From: Frankiaceae bacterium
GTDB taxonomy: Bacteria > Actinomycetota > Actinomycetes > JAFAQI01
Reading direction: 5' to 3'
Assembly: GCA_019239875.1 (NCBI GenBank)
Contig: JAFAZI010000109.1
Location: 2,372 to 66,371, forward strand
Length of the DNA: 64,000 bases
Shown here: in pieces, positions 9,792 through 18,870 of the stretch
Position numbering within the stretch: the stretch's first letter is position 1
How the letters are laid out: each line of letters starts with the position of its first letter
The notes under the pieces: model-generated
Told to the model about the DNA's origin: nothing
What the model saw: the letters and a program-made list of their open reading frames with translations, nothing else
Database searches by the model: none
Made by a program: the position numbers and the translations under genes

Positions 9792-11018
9792 ATGGGGCGA
9801 ACCGGACACCCGGCGGTAGCGCTGGGTACGGCGGCGATCCTGGTCGCTGCCGTGGGGTCCACGGTCGCCCTGACCCGCACCGAAGGCCCGGTCGAGAAAG
9901 CAGCGACCACGCTCGGTGCCGTGAAGAACGCGAAGCTGGTCTCGCCGTCGGGCGTGGTGAGGGCTGCCCGGGCCGGCCAACGAGTCCCGTTCGACTACGT
10001 GGTTCGCACGGCCGCGAGCGGCAACGCCGAGCTGATCACGCGTGGCCGCGTCGTGTATGTCGGCGGCAACGGCCGCCCGGCCGCAGTCGCCGTTGTCAAC
10101 GGCGCGCGCCAGCAGCTCCGCACCGGGACCGCTGTGATCGATGCGCAGCACGGCCCTGGCATGCAGGTCGAGATCGCAGGCGACACCCTCGCCGTACCTG
10201 ACCACTCCGCCGTTGAGGCCACGCGCTCGGTCGCCGTCACGGTGGGTTCGCTGCGCGGCCCGAGCTCCATCACGAACTCCTCCGCTCGCTCGCTCACCGT
10301 CCCTGCGCTGTCGCAGGTGCTGCTGAGCGGCGATGCGCTGCCCACGAACCCGGCGCCGCTGCACCTGTCCGACCGGGGCACGAACGCCGTCGTTGCGGAG
10401 GCAGTCGTCGTACCAGACCTGGTCCGCGCGGACCTGCAGTTGCAAGATCTGGCCGCCGGCATCGACAACAGTGGCCCGTCCACCGCCAACATCGTGGTCG
10501 CCGCCTGGTCGCACCACGTCGTGTCCCTGCCGGCGGGGACAGCGCGCAGCGAGCAGGTCCTGCCGATCGCGATCGCAGACTCGACCTCCGGCTCCAGCGC
10601 GCAGCTGCGGTACAACCGGGCCCTTGCCTGGCGCGGCCAGGGTGGCTCGTGGGGGGTCGTCGTCGCCAAGCTCGGCGGCAGCGAGACCGGGGTCGCCAAT
10701 GCCCTCGACAAGTACTCGGGCGGCCAGGCGACCACGCAGGTGGGCAACGTCTCGGTGCAGAGCCTCGTCGCACCGAACGCACCGCAGGGTGGCGGCGGCT
10801 CGCGGCCTCACGGGCATCACACGACCACGCCGCCGACCCATCCAGTGACGACGCCGCCGACCGGCCCGGGTCACCCCAGCCCGAAGCCGACCAAGAGCCC
10901 CGTGGACAACGTGGTCGGGACCGTCGGCACCGTCGTCAAGAAGGTCGTCGGGCTGCTCCCGACGGCCTCACCGAAGCCGACGTCGACCGGCCTGCTGGGC
11001 GGCCTGCTCGGCCACTGA
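9792..11018 (+). CDS. hypothetical exported protein with Pro/Thr-rich C-terminus
   Basis: 408-aa ORF with an N-terminal TM or signal segment (VALGTAAILVAAVGSTVAL) and a low-complexity tail (HHTTTPPTHPVTTPPTGPGHPSPKPTKSP). I recognised no domain. Its 3-prime end overlaps the convergent MFS gene by 51 nt. Confidence 0.6.
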   Translation: MGRTGHPAVALGTAAILVAAVGSTVALTRTEGPVEKAATTLGAVKNAKLVSPSGVVRAARAGQRVPFDYVVRTAASGNAELITRGRVVYVGGNGRPAAVAVVNGARQQLRTGTAVIDAQHGPGMQVEIAGDTLAVPDHSAVEATRSVAVTVGSLRGPSSITNSSARSLTVPALSQVLLSGDALPTNPAPLHLSDRGTNAVVAEAVVVPDLVRADLQLQDLAAGIDNSGPSTANIVVAAWSHHVVSLPAGTARSEQVLPIAIADSTSGSSAQLRYNRALAWRGQGGSWGVVVAKLGGSETGVANALDKYSGGQATTQVGNVSVQSLVAPNAPQGGGGSRPHGHHTTTPPTHPVTTPPTGPGHPSPKPTKSPVDNVVGTVGTVVKKVVGLLPTASPKPTSTGLLGGLLGH

Positions 11019-12287
11019 GCGGCGTTCGGCCAGCCAGTAGGTCGCGGCGATCGCGAGGTACGCCGCTGACATCACGACCAGCGTCACCAGCGAGCGGCCG
11101 TTGGCCGGCAACGTCGCCGCCGCCAGCAACGCGCCACCGACGAAGCTCAGGTTGAAGCAAGTGTCATAGATCGAGAACACCCGTCCGCGGTAGTCGTCGT
11201 CGACATTGGCCTGGACGAGGGTGTCGACGCAGACCTTCGTCGCCTGCGTCGCGAAACCCAGCGCGAACGATGACGCGAGCAACGGCGCCTTGGCGAAGGG
11301 AGCGCCGAACGCGAGTTGCGTGACGGCGGCGCCAGCCGTGACGACCACGATCCACCGCCGTCGGCCGATGCGTTCCGTTACCCACGGGGTGATCGCTGCC
11401 GCGGTGACCAGCCCGAGGCCGGCGAACGCGACGGCTTGCGCCACTCCGGACAAACCGGCGTGCAGGACGCCGTCGGTCGTGAAGGCGTTGCGGTACAGCA
11501 AGAGCGTCATGATCGACCAGACGCCGAAGACCAGCCGTTGCGCGAAGATCACGCCGAGCGCGCGCGCAGCGATGGGGTGCCGCCGGAGGTGACCGAGGCC
11601 GGCTGCCAGCCCGGTGGCGACGGTCGCGAGCTGCCGGCGAAGCGGGCTGGCGTCCCGCGGGTGCGGCCCGAGTGACTCGCTGGGGAGTCGCGACCCGACC
11701 AGTGCGGCGAGGGCGTACCCGGCCGCCGCGGCCAGAGCCGCCAGCCCGTCACCGTGATCGCCCCCGCCACCGACGGCGCGCAGGCCGAGACCGATTCCGC
11801 CGCCGGCGATCGTCGCCACGGTGCCGGCGGTGGGACTGATCGAGTTGGCGAGGACCAGGCGCCGCGGACTCACGACGCTCGGCAGGGCGGCGGACAACGC
11901 AGCGAGGAAGAACCGGTTAACGCCGAGGCCGACCAGTGCCGTCAGGGCGAACGGCAGGCCGCTCGGCCCGTGCGCGAGCAGGATCGTCGCGGTGCCGACG
12001 ACGAAGACCGAGCGGATCGCCGCGCCGCCGACCAGCACGCGCTGTCGCCGCCAACGGTCGAGGAAGACGCCCGCGAACGGCCCGATCAGGCTGTAGGGAA
12101 GCAGCAGGACGACGAAGCCCGCGGCGACCTCGGTCGGCCCGGTGTGGTGCTCGGGATTGAACAAGACGGCGCCGGCCAGGCTCGTTTGGAACAGGCCGTC
12201 GGCGGCCTGCGAGGTCAGCCTGGCGGCGAGTAGCCACCGGAACCAGCGTTCACCGAAGAGCGAGCGGACGGCGGCGGCTCGCGACAC
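10968..12287 (-). CDS. MFS transporter
   Basis: About 12 predicted TM helices with an MFS-like loop (FAGVFLDRWRRQRVLV). The track ORF 10968..12644 was trimmed to the GTG at 12287 (VSRAAAVRSLFGERWFRWLLAARL). Confidence 0.8.
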   Translation of the reverse strand: MSRAAAVRSLFGERWFRWLLAARLTSQAADGLFQTSLAGAVLFNPEHHTGPTEVAAGFVVLLLPYSLIGPFAGVFLDRWRRQRVLVGGAAIRSVFVVGTATILLAHGPSGLPFALTALVGLGVNRFFLAALSAALPSVVSPRRLVLANSISPTAGTVATIAGGGIGLGLRAVGGGGDHGDGLAALAAAAGYALAALVGSRLPSESLGPHPRDASPLRRQLATVATGLAAGLGHLRRHPIAARALGVIFAQRLVFGVWSIMTLLLYRNAFTTDGVLHAGLSGVAQAVAFAGLGLVTAAAITPWVTERIGRRRWIVVVTAGAAVTQLAFGAPFAKAPLLASSFALGFATQATKVCVDTLVQANVDDDYRGRVFSIYDTCFNLSFVGGALLAAATLPANGRSLVTLVVMSAAYLAIAATYWLAERRSVAEQAAQQAGRRRLR

Positions 12288-12361
12288 GGTGGCTCCCGAG
12301 GCGGACGGATGTGCGAACGGCCCGGGACTACCGTCCCGGGCCGTTCGCGTCGTGCTGGGTC

Positions 12362-13441
12362 TCAGCTGTCGATCTCGCCCTTGATGAAGGCCTCGACGGC
12401 TTCGCGCGCCTCGTCGTCGCTGTACTGCACCGGCGGGCTCTTCATGAAGTACGACGACGCGGAGAGCACGGGTCCACCGATGCCGCGGTCCTTGGCGATC
12501 TTCGCGGCGCGAACCGCGTCGATGATGACGCCTGCGGAGTTCGGGGAGTCGTGCACCTCGAGCTTGTACTCCAGGTTCAGCGGGGTGTCGCCGAAGCTGC
12601 GGCCCTCGAGCCGGACGTAGGCCCACTTGCGGTCGTCGAGCCACGGCACATGGTCCGACGGTCCGATGTGGACGTCGGCGCCGCGCATCTCGTGCGGAAT
12701 CTGGGAGGTGACCGACTGGGTCTTGGAGAGCTTCTTCGACGCGAGGCGCTTGCGCTCCAACATGTTCTTGAAGTCCATGTTGCCGCCGAAGTTCAGCTGG
12801 TAGGTGCGCAGCAGCTCGACGCCGCGGTCCTCGAACAGCTTCGCGAGGACCCGGTGCGTGATGGTCGCGCCGACCTGGCTCTTGATGTCGTCACCCACGA
12901 TCGGGACGCCGGCGTCGGCGAACTTCTTCGCCCAGACCGGGTCGCTCGCGATGAAGACCGGGAGCGCGTTGACGAAGCCCACACCGGCGTCGATCGCGCA
13001 CTGCGCGTAGAAGCGGTCCGCGTCCTCGCTGCCGACCGGCAGGTAGGAGACGAGGACGTCGACGTCCGCGTCCTTGAGGACCTGCACGACGTCAACCGGC
13101 TCCTCGTCGGACTCCTCGATCATCTCGAGGTAGTAGTCGCCGAGGCCGTCGTACGTGTGGCCACGCTGGACGATGACGCCGGACGGCGGTACGTCGCAGA
13201 TCTTGATCGTGTTGTTCTCGCTGGCGACGATCGCCTCGGAGAGGTCGCGCCCGACCTTCTTGCCGTCGACGTCGAAGGCGGCGACGAACTCGACGTCACG
13301 GACGTGATAGCCGCCGAATTCGACGTGCATCAGCCCCGGTACGCGAGCCTCAGCGTCGGCGTTCCGGTAGAACTCGACGCCCTGAACGAGGGACGAGGCG
13401 CAGTTGCCCACGCCCACAATGGCGACTCGGATGGAACCCAT
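12362..13441 (-). CDS. ino1: myo-inositol-1-phosphate synthase
   Basis: 359-aa ORF. The N-terminus [25 protein letters not shown] and the overall sequence are typical of actinobacterial Ino1. It lies downstream of a PadR regulator, as in Mycobacterium and Streptomyces. Confidence 0.92.
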   Translation of the reverse strand: MGSIRVAIVGVGNCASSLVQGVEFYRNADAEARVPGLMHVEFGGYHVRDVEFVAAFDVDGKKVGRDLSEAIVASENNTIKICDVPPSGVIVQRGHTYDGLGDYYLEMIEESDEEPVDVVQVLKDADVDVLVSYLPVGSEDADRFYAQCAIDAGVGFVNALPVFIASDPVWAKKFADAGVPIVGDDIKSQVGATITHRVLAKLFEDRGVELLRTYQLNFGGNMDFKNMLERKRLASKKLSKTQSVTSQIPHEMRGADVHIGPSDHVPWLDDRKWAYVRLEGRSFGDTPLNLEYKLEVHDSPNSAGVIIDAVRAAKIAKDRGIGGPVLSASSYFMKSPPVQYSDDEAREAVEAFIKGEIDS

Positions 13442-13477
13442 GAGTGGTGTTCTCCTTCAGATGCTGAGGGTCAGCGT

Positions 13478-14086
13478 TTACGGGGTCTTGGTGGCGGCGG
13501 CGCTGCTCTTGGCGGCACGGCCGGCCCGGTGCGGCCGGGCGGCCACTCCGTCGCGTTCGGTGGCGATGAGCTCGTTGAGCCAGCGCACCTCGCGCTCTAC
13601 GGACTCCAGGCCGTGGCGCTGGAGCTCGAGGGTGTAGCGGTCGAGCTTCTCGCGAGTGCTCGTCATCTCGGTGCTCGCGTTCGCCTTGCGCTCCTCGAGC
13701 CGGCTGCGCCGGCCCTCGAGGATGCGGAGCCGAACCTCGGCATCGGTTTGGGAGAAGAACGCGAACCGGACGCCGAACGCCTCGTCGTCCCAGGTCGACG
13801 GGCCACCTTCGGCGAGCTGCTCCTGGAGCCGCTCCTTGCCTTCGGCCGTCAACTTGTAGACGTGCTTCTTGCGCCGGCCGGGACCGGACTCACTCGCCGA
13901 GTCGTCCGTCGTGATGTAGCCCGCCCGCTGCAGCTCCGACAGGCAGGGATACAAGCTGCCGTAGGAGATGGCGCGGAACGGACCGAGGACACCCTTGAGA
14001 CGCTTGGACAGCTCGTAGCCGTGCAGGGAAGACTCGTGCAGCAGACCGAGTACGGCGAGGTCGAGCACGCCGGACTTTCTGCTCAC
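13478..14086 (-). CDS. PadR-family transcriptional regulator (InoR-like, upstream of ino1)
   Basis: Winged-helix PadR signature LDLAVLGLLHESSLHGYELSKRLK...ISYGSLYPCLSELQRAGYI is present. I chose the GTG at 14086. The track start at 14143 would put a perfect palindrome inside the coding sequence. Confidence 0.85.
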   Translation of the reverse strand: MSRKSGVLDLAVLGLLHESSLHGYELSKRLKGVLGPFRAISYGSLYPCLSELQRAGYITTDDSASESGPGRRKKHVYKLTAEGKERLQEQLAEGGPSTWDDEAFGVRFAFFSQTDAEVRLRILEGRRSRLEERKANASTEMTSTREKLDRYTLELQRHGLESVEREVRWLNELIATERDGVAARPHRAGRAAKSSAAATKTP

Positions 14087-14123
14087 GAGGACGCTCCAAA
14101 GGGCTGATCGCGCGGATGATCTC

Positions 14124-14144
14124 GATGTATCGAAGTGATACATC
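14124..14144. promoter_or_regulatory. perfect palindrome, candidate PadR/InoR operator
   Basis: GATGTATC gaagt GATACATC has 8-bp perfect arms containing ATGT...ACAT. It lies about 38 bp upstream of the proposed padR start. Confidence 0.45.
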
Positions 14145-14206
14145 GGAGAAGGTACATGCCGGGTGGCATCCAGGCAAATTCCCGGTGAACCGGCGTGTTG
14201 CGGGGG

Positions 14207-14356
14207 TTAGGTCAGAGCGAAGCGGCTAACTGCGGGGGCGAGGCTTCCCGCCCGGCCAGGTTTCGTCGGCCGGTTGCGGGCCCGGCTTAGGGCGAAAAGC
14301 GGCTAACTGCGGGGGCGAGGCTTCCCGCCCGGCCCGGTTTCGTCGGCCGGTTGTGG
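14207..14356. repeat. tandem duplication, period about 77-80 bp, two units
   Basis: Unit 1 (14221-14279) is agcggctaactgcgggggcgaggcttcccgcccggccaggtttcgtcggccggttgcgg. Unit 2 (14298-14356) differs at 2 positions. Both are preceded by ttag. Each unit holds two short hairpins (gcggg/cccgc and ccggcc/ggccgg). Confidence 0.85.
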
Positions 14357-14602
14357 TTCATCGCGTGTCGTGAGTTGTTAGCGACGCTCCCACGGCACCA
14401 CCTACTCACGACCCTAGAAAGTCGGCCCGGCCAGCGCGACCGCGCCGTGGTGGCGAGCGGCGCCCAGCAGTCAGCCCGCGCGGGTTGTAAGCCGTTGACG
14501 GTGCTCCAGCACCACTAACAGCTCACGCCTCAGAGAGCGAGCCATCTCCGGCCCGCGACACGCAACCAGCAGTGGAAGCTGTGCCCCTGCAGTTAGCCCG
14601 CC

Positions 14603-14686
14603 TTGAGCTACGTGCCACGAGGCGAGCGTCTTGAGCTACGTGCCACGGGGCGAGCGCTTTGAGCTACGTGCGACGAGGCAAGCCTG
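14603..14686. repeat. three contiguous 28-bp direct repeats abutting the DUF5318 start codon
   Basis: The units are ttgagctacgtgccacgaggcgagcgtc, ttgagctacgtgccacggggcgagcgct and ttgagctacgtgcgacgaggcaagcctg. The array ends 6 nt before the ATG at 14693. Confidence 0.85.
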
Positions 14687-14692
14687 AAGAGG

Positions 14693-15157
14693 ATGCTCAG
14701 CGGCGCGGCGTATGGTGACGCGATGCTGACCCAGCGGTCGTTGGTGGACGAGCCGGGAGCCCGGTGCGTCGTCGACTACTCGCTGGCAAAACGCGCGGCG
14801 CTGCACAGCCTGAAGGCCGGCCGGCTGCGACCGGAGGAGGCCTGCGACGCGCAGATCTACCTGCGTCGGGCCGCCCGCTACCACGGCCTCCCGACCGGCG
14901 AGACCTGCCCGGTGTGCAACGCCGAGGACCTCACGTTGGTCCTCTACGCGTTCGGCGATGACTTCCCGAACGGCGGAAATGGCCGGGCGCGGGCCCGCAA
15001 GGAGCTGCGCGAGCTCGCGACCGTCCTGCCGGAGTTCACCGTCTTCGCCGTCGAGGTGTGCCTGGGCTGCGGCTGGAACTACCTCGTGGCGTCCTACGTC
15101 CTCGGAACAGGTGAGTCTGTGTCTCGGCGCCGGTCGCGCTCGAGCTCGCAGGCCTGA
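14693..15157 (+). CDS. DUF5318-family protein (Rv0049-like)
   Basis: The sequence includes VVDYSLAKRAALHSLKAGRL...CDAQIYLRRAARYHG...CPVCNAEDLTLVLYAFGD...CLGCGWNYL. It is conserved upstream of ponA-type PBP genes. An alternative start exists at 14714. Confidence 0.75.
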   Translation: MLSGAAYGDAMLTQRSLVDEPGARCVVDYSLAKRAALHSLKAGRLRPEEACDAQIYLRRAARYHGLPTGETCPVCNAEDLTLVLYAFGDDFPNGGNGRARARKELRELATVLPEFTVFAVEVCLGCGWNYLVASYVLGTGESVSRRRSRSSSQA

Positions 15158-15178
15158 TCACACACGGAACCGCAGCCA

Positions 15179-17305
15179 GTGAACCTTGCGCAGATCGCGC
15201 CGCGCCCCAAGCAAGTGCTCTGGGGCGTCCTCGCCGCATCGCTGGTCTGCGGGGCGCTCGCCGGACTGGCTTACGCGCGCACGAACATCCCTAACGTCAG
15301 TGCCATCGCCGCGGCGCAGACGACGACGCTCTACTACAGCGACGGCAAGACGCCGATTACGACGATCGGGTCGACGACCCGCACCGACGTCCAGCTGAAC
15401 CAGATCCCGAAGCCGGTGCAGCACGCCGTACTGGCCGCCGAGGACCGGCACTTCTACTCCGAGCCCGGGATCTCACCGACCGGAATGATCCGCGCGCTGC
15501 TCGTCGACCTCAAAGGCGGTGACATCAGCCAGGGCGGGTCGACGATCACCCAGCAATACGTGAAGAACGCCTACCTCAGCCCGAACCGCACCCTGACCCG
15601 CAAACTCAAAGAGATCATCATCGCGGCCAAGCTCGGGCAGAGCGAGTCCAAGGCGACGATCCTCGACGACTACCTGAACACCATCTACTTCGGGCGCAAC
15701 GCCTATGGGATCGAGGCAGCCGCCAAGGCGTACTTCAACAAGACGGTGCAGAACCTCAGCGTCTCCCAAGGCGCGCTGCTCGCGGCGGTCATCCGGGCAC
15801 CGAGCCTGTACGACCCGCGGGTCAGCAAGTCGGCGAAGGTCGCAGCGCAGGCGCGCTGGCAGTACGTCGTCAGCGGCATGGTCTCGCAGGGCTGGCTCAA
15901 GCAGTCGGTCGCTGACAAGCTCCACTTCCCGCACACCCGCAAGCACGGGGCGGCGAGCACCGCCTGCCAGGCGCAGGAGTGCTTCATCCGCAACGCCGTC
16001 GAGCACGAGCTCATCAACGCCGACGGCTTTCAGCAGAGCCAGCTCGACCTCGGCGGCTACAAGATCGTCACGACGATCGACAAGACCGCCGAGGACGCGC
16101 TGGTCAACGCCGAGAACACGGTGCTTCCGACGAACAACTCCGGCACGCCGGAGTCCGGCGCGATCTCGGTCGTACCGGGTGACGGAGCCATTCGCGCGCT
16201 CTACGGCGGCCGGGAGTACTGCGGACACAAGAAGCAGAACCCCGACGCGTGTATCGACCTGTCCGGCTCCACCGGGTTCTGGGCGCGACCGCCGGGATCG
16301 TCGTTCAAGCTCTTCACCCTGATCGCAGCGCTGAAGCAGGGCATCTCGCTCGGAGACACGTTCGACGGGCCGCCGACGGTCACTGTGGACGGTCAGACGA
16401 TCCACAACGCGTCGGCGGGCGAGAGCTGTTATGGCTGCACGCTGCTCGCGGCGTTCGCGAAGTCGGTGAATACGGTCTTCGTGCCGCTGGCCAAGCAGAT
16501 CGACCCGAAGACCGTCGTCAAGGCCGCTGAGTCGGCCGGGATCCCGGCGAGCCGCAAGCTGCCGGCGGTCCCCGACGTGACCCTCGGTCCGACGGACGTC
16601 TCGCCGCTCGAGCTTGCCAACGCCTACGCCACCGTGGCGGCGCAGGGGCTGCGGGCGACGCCGTACCTGGTCAAGTCGGTGACGACCAACAACGGGCAGC
16701 ACGTCTACACGGCGGACCCGAAGGCGAACACCGAGCAGGTGTTTCCGAAGGGGATCATGGCCTCGGCCATCTATGCGATGACCAAGGTGCTCCAGCCGGG
16801 CGGGACGGCGTACGGACGAGCCCTGTCGGGGCGGCCCTCTGCCGGCAAGACCGGCACCGTCGGCAACGCCAGTGGCCAGAACGTCGACGCCTGGTTCACG
16901 GGCTTCACCCCGCAGCTGTGCACCACCGTGTGGATCGGCAACGTCAACCGAAACCGGCCGCTCAGTGGTGGCACCGGCGAGGTGTTCGGTGGCACGCTGC
17001 CGGCGGAGATCTGGCAGATGATGATGAACGTCGCCCTCGCTAACGCGACGCCGGAGCCGTTCCCGACACCGTCGGCGATCGTCATCCAGCACACCAGGAG
17101 TCCGAAGCCGACCGGATCGCCGTCGCCGACCGCGACCGAGACGGTCACCGCGAAGCCGACCAAGACGCCGACCAAGACGCCGACGAGCAAGCCGACTCCC
17201 ACCGAGACGATCACCCCGAGCCAGTCGCCGACCGGAACTCCGAGTGGTGGGCCGACGAAGCTCAAGCCGCCGCACGCGCGTCACCATCAGCGCGAGCGTC
17301 ACTGA
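15179..17305 (+). CDS. ponA: class A penicillin-binding protein (GT51 transglycosylase plus transpeptidase)
   Basis: GT51 motifs AAEDRHFYSEPGISPTG and GGSTITQQYVKN are present, as are the transpeptidase SSFK and KTGT motifs. It has an N-terminal TM anchor and a Pro/Thr-rich tail. Confidence 0.92.
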   Translation: MNLAQIAPRPKQVLWGVLAASLVCGALAGLAYARTNIPNVSAIAAAQTTTLYYSDGKTPITTIGSTTRTDVQLNQIPKPVQHAVLAAEDRHFYSEPGISPTGMIRALLVDLKGGDISQGGSTITQQYVKNAYLSPNRTLTRKLKEIIIAAKLGQSESKATILDDYLNTIYFGRNAYGIEAAAKAYFNKTVQNLSVSQGALLAAVIRAPSLYDPRVSKSAKVAAQARWQYVVSGMVSQGWLKQSVADKLHFPHTRKHGAASTACQAQECFIRNAVEHELINADGFQQSQLDLGGYKIVTTIDKTAEDALVNAENTVLPTNNSGTPESGAISVVPGDGAIRALYGGREYCGHKKQNPDACIDLSGSTGFWARPPGSSFKLFTLIAALKQGISLGDTFDGPPTVTVDGQTIHNASAGESCYGCTLLAAFAKSVNTVFVPLAKQIDPKTVVKAAESAGIPASRKLPAVPDVTLGPTDVSPLELANAYATVAAQGLRATPYLVKSVTTNNGQHVYTADPKANTEQVFPKGIMASAIYAMTKVLQPGGTAYGRALSGRPSAGKTGTVGNASGQNVDAWFTGFTPQLCTTVWIGNVNRNRPLSGGTGEVFGGTLPAEIWQMMMNVALANATPEPFPTPSAIVIQHTRSPKPTGSPSPTATETVTAKPTKTPTKTPTSKPTPTETITPSQSPTGTPSGGPTKLKPPHARHHQRERH

Positions 17306-17325
17306 CGTCGCTAACGTCAGCGTCG

Positions 17326-18858
17326 ATGCCTACCCACACCCCGTCGCTGGAGGACCCCGCCGTCTCGGGGGTCACCCGGCTGATCGGCGGGCGATGGGGA
17401 CGCCACGCGGTCGGGACGACGTCGTGGTGGTGGACGCCACTGCGCATCGCGCTCGGAGCGACGATCCTCGTAACCGTCCTGGCGTACCTGCAGAAGTCAC
17501 CGTGCCTGACCCACTCGTACACGGACGAGTACCAGTACACGCGGGTCTGTTACACCGACACGTACGCCCTCTACACAGCTGAGGGCCTGAACGCGAAGAC
17601 CGACGCCGATGGCAACGTGATCGGTACGACGTCCGTGCCGTACGGCGACCATCCGGTGGAGTACCCGCCGGTGATCGGCGGTCTGATGTGGGCAGCAGCC
17701 GAGGTCACGTCGACGATCCACGGCGGCGGAGGTGACCAGGACCCGGCGACCGGTCTCGCGAGCGGTAGCCGCAACACGACGTTCTTCAACGTGACCGCCC
17801 TCGGCCTCGCGTTGTGCGCGCTCGTCTCGACCTGGACGGTCGCTCGCATCGCCGGTCGACGCCGGGCCTGGGACGCGATGATGGTCGCGCTGTCACCGGC
17901 GCTGCTCCTGCACGCCTTCACGAACTGGGACCTCGCCGCCGTCGCGGCGACCGGGCTCGGTCTGTGGTTCTGGAGCCGTGGATCCCCGCTGTGGTCGCCG
18001 ATCCTGGCAGGGGTGTTCCTCGGGATCGGCATCGCGACCAAGCTCTATCCCGCGTTCGTGCTGCTTGCGATCCTCATGCTCTGCCTGCGGGCGGCCAAGT
18101 GGCGGGCAGGGCTGCTCGCCATCGCCGGTGCAGCGGCCGGCGTCGTCGCCTGCTACGTCCCCGCGATCCTGGTCTCGAACAACTTCCTTTTCCCGAACGG
18201 TGACTGCAAGTACGCGCAGCCGCTATCGGGATGGCGCTGGTTCTTCTCGCTCAGCCGGGACCGGGGAACGGACTGGGGCAGCGTCTGGCTGGTCGTTCAA
18301 CACTGGTTCTCAGGTGATGCGATCGGACGCGCGATGAACACCCCTGCTGCTGCGGCGGGGACCTGCAGCGCGACACCGACGTCGCTGAACCACATCGCGG
18401 AGGCCGCAGTTCTGGTCGTCATCGCCGGAGTGGGACTGCTTGTCGCGCTCGCGCCCCGCCGCCCCCGCGTGGGTCAGGTCGCGTTCCTTCTGGTCGCCGG
18501 ATTCGTCATGCTCAACAAGGTCGACTCGCCGCAGTACGTGCTGTGGCTGGTGCCGCTCGCTGTGCTCGCGCGCCCACGGTGGGTGTCGCTGCTGGTCTGG
18601 CAGGTGAGCGAGGTGGCGCTGGGCATTGCCAACCTCTACACGCTGATCGCGCTCGACCACTCCGACCAGGGCCTACCGCTGGACACCTACCTGTTGTTCA
18701 TCGTCGCGCGCGACGTCGTCCTGGTGTGGCTCATGGCCCTGGTCGTCCGCGACGTGCTCGTGCCTCGGATCGACGTCGTCCGACGGGACGGGGTCGATGA
18801 CCCGGCCGGCGGAGTGCTGGACGGAGCAGCGGATTCCGGTGCCGCCTTCGCGCGCTGA
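17326..18858 (+). CDS. polytopic membrane glycosyltransferase, GT87/DUF2029-like (Rv0051-like)
   Basis: 510-aa ORF with about 10 TM helices, located downstream of ponA as Rv0051 is. The family assignment comes from synteny and topology only. Confidence 0.65.
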   Translation: MPTHTPSLEDPAVSGVTRLIGGRWGRHAVGTTSWWWTPLRIALGATILVTVLAYLQKSPCLTHSYTDEYQYTRVCYTDTYALYTAEGLNAKTDADGNVIGTTSVPYGDHPVEYPPVIGGLMWAAAEVTSTIHGGGGDQDPATGLASGSRNTTFFNVTALGLALCALVSTWTVARIAGRRRAWDAMMVALSPALLLHAFTNWDLAAVAATGLGLWFWSRGSPLWSPILAGVFLGIGIATKLYPAFVLLAILMLCLRAAKWRAGLLAIAGAAAGVVACYVPAILVSNNFLFPNGDCKYAQPLSGWRWFFSLSRDRGTDWGSVWLVVQHWFSGDAIGRAMNTPAAAAGTCSATPTSLNHIAEAAVLVVIAGVGLLVALAPRRPRVGQVAFLLVAGFVMLNKVDSPQYVLWLVPLAVLARPRWVSLLVWQVSEVALGIANLYTLIALDHSDQGLPLDTYLLFIVARDVVLVWLMALVVRDVLVPRIDVVRRDGVDDPAGGVLDGAADSGAAFAR

Positions 18859-18870
18859 GGCGTCGAGGAG

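Noticed and set aside
14603-14686. The 28-bp repeats considered as a CRISPR array.
   Set aside because: The repeats are directly contiguous with no spacers, there are only three units, and no cas genes are in the window.
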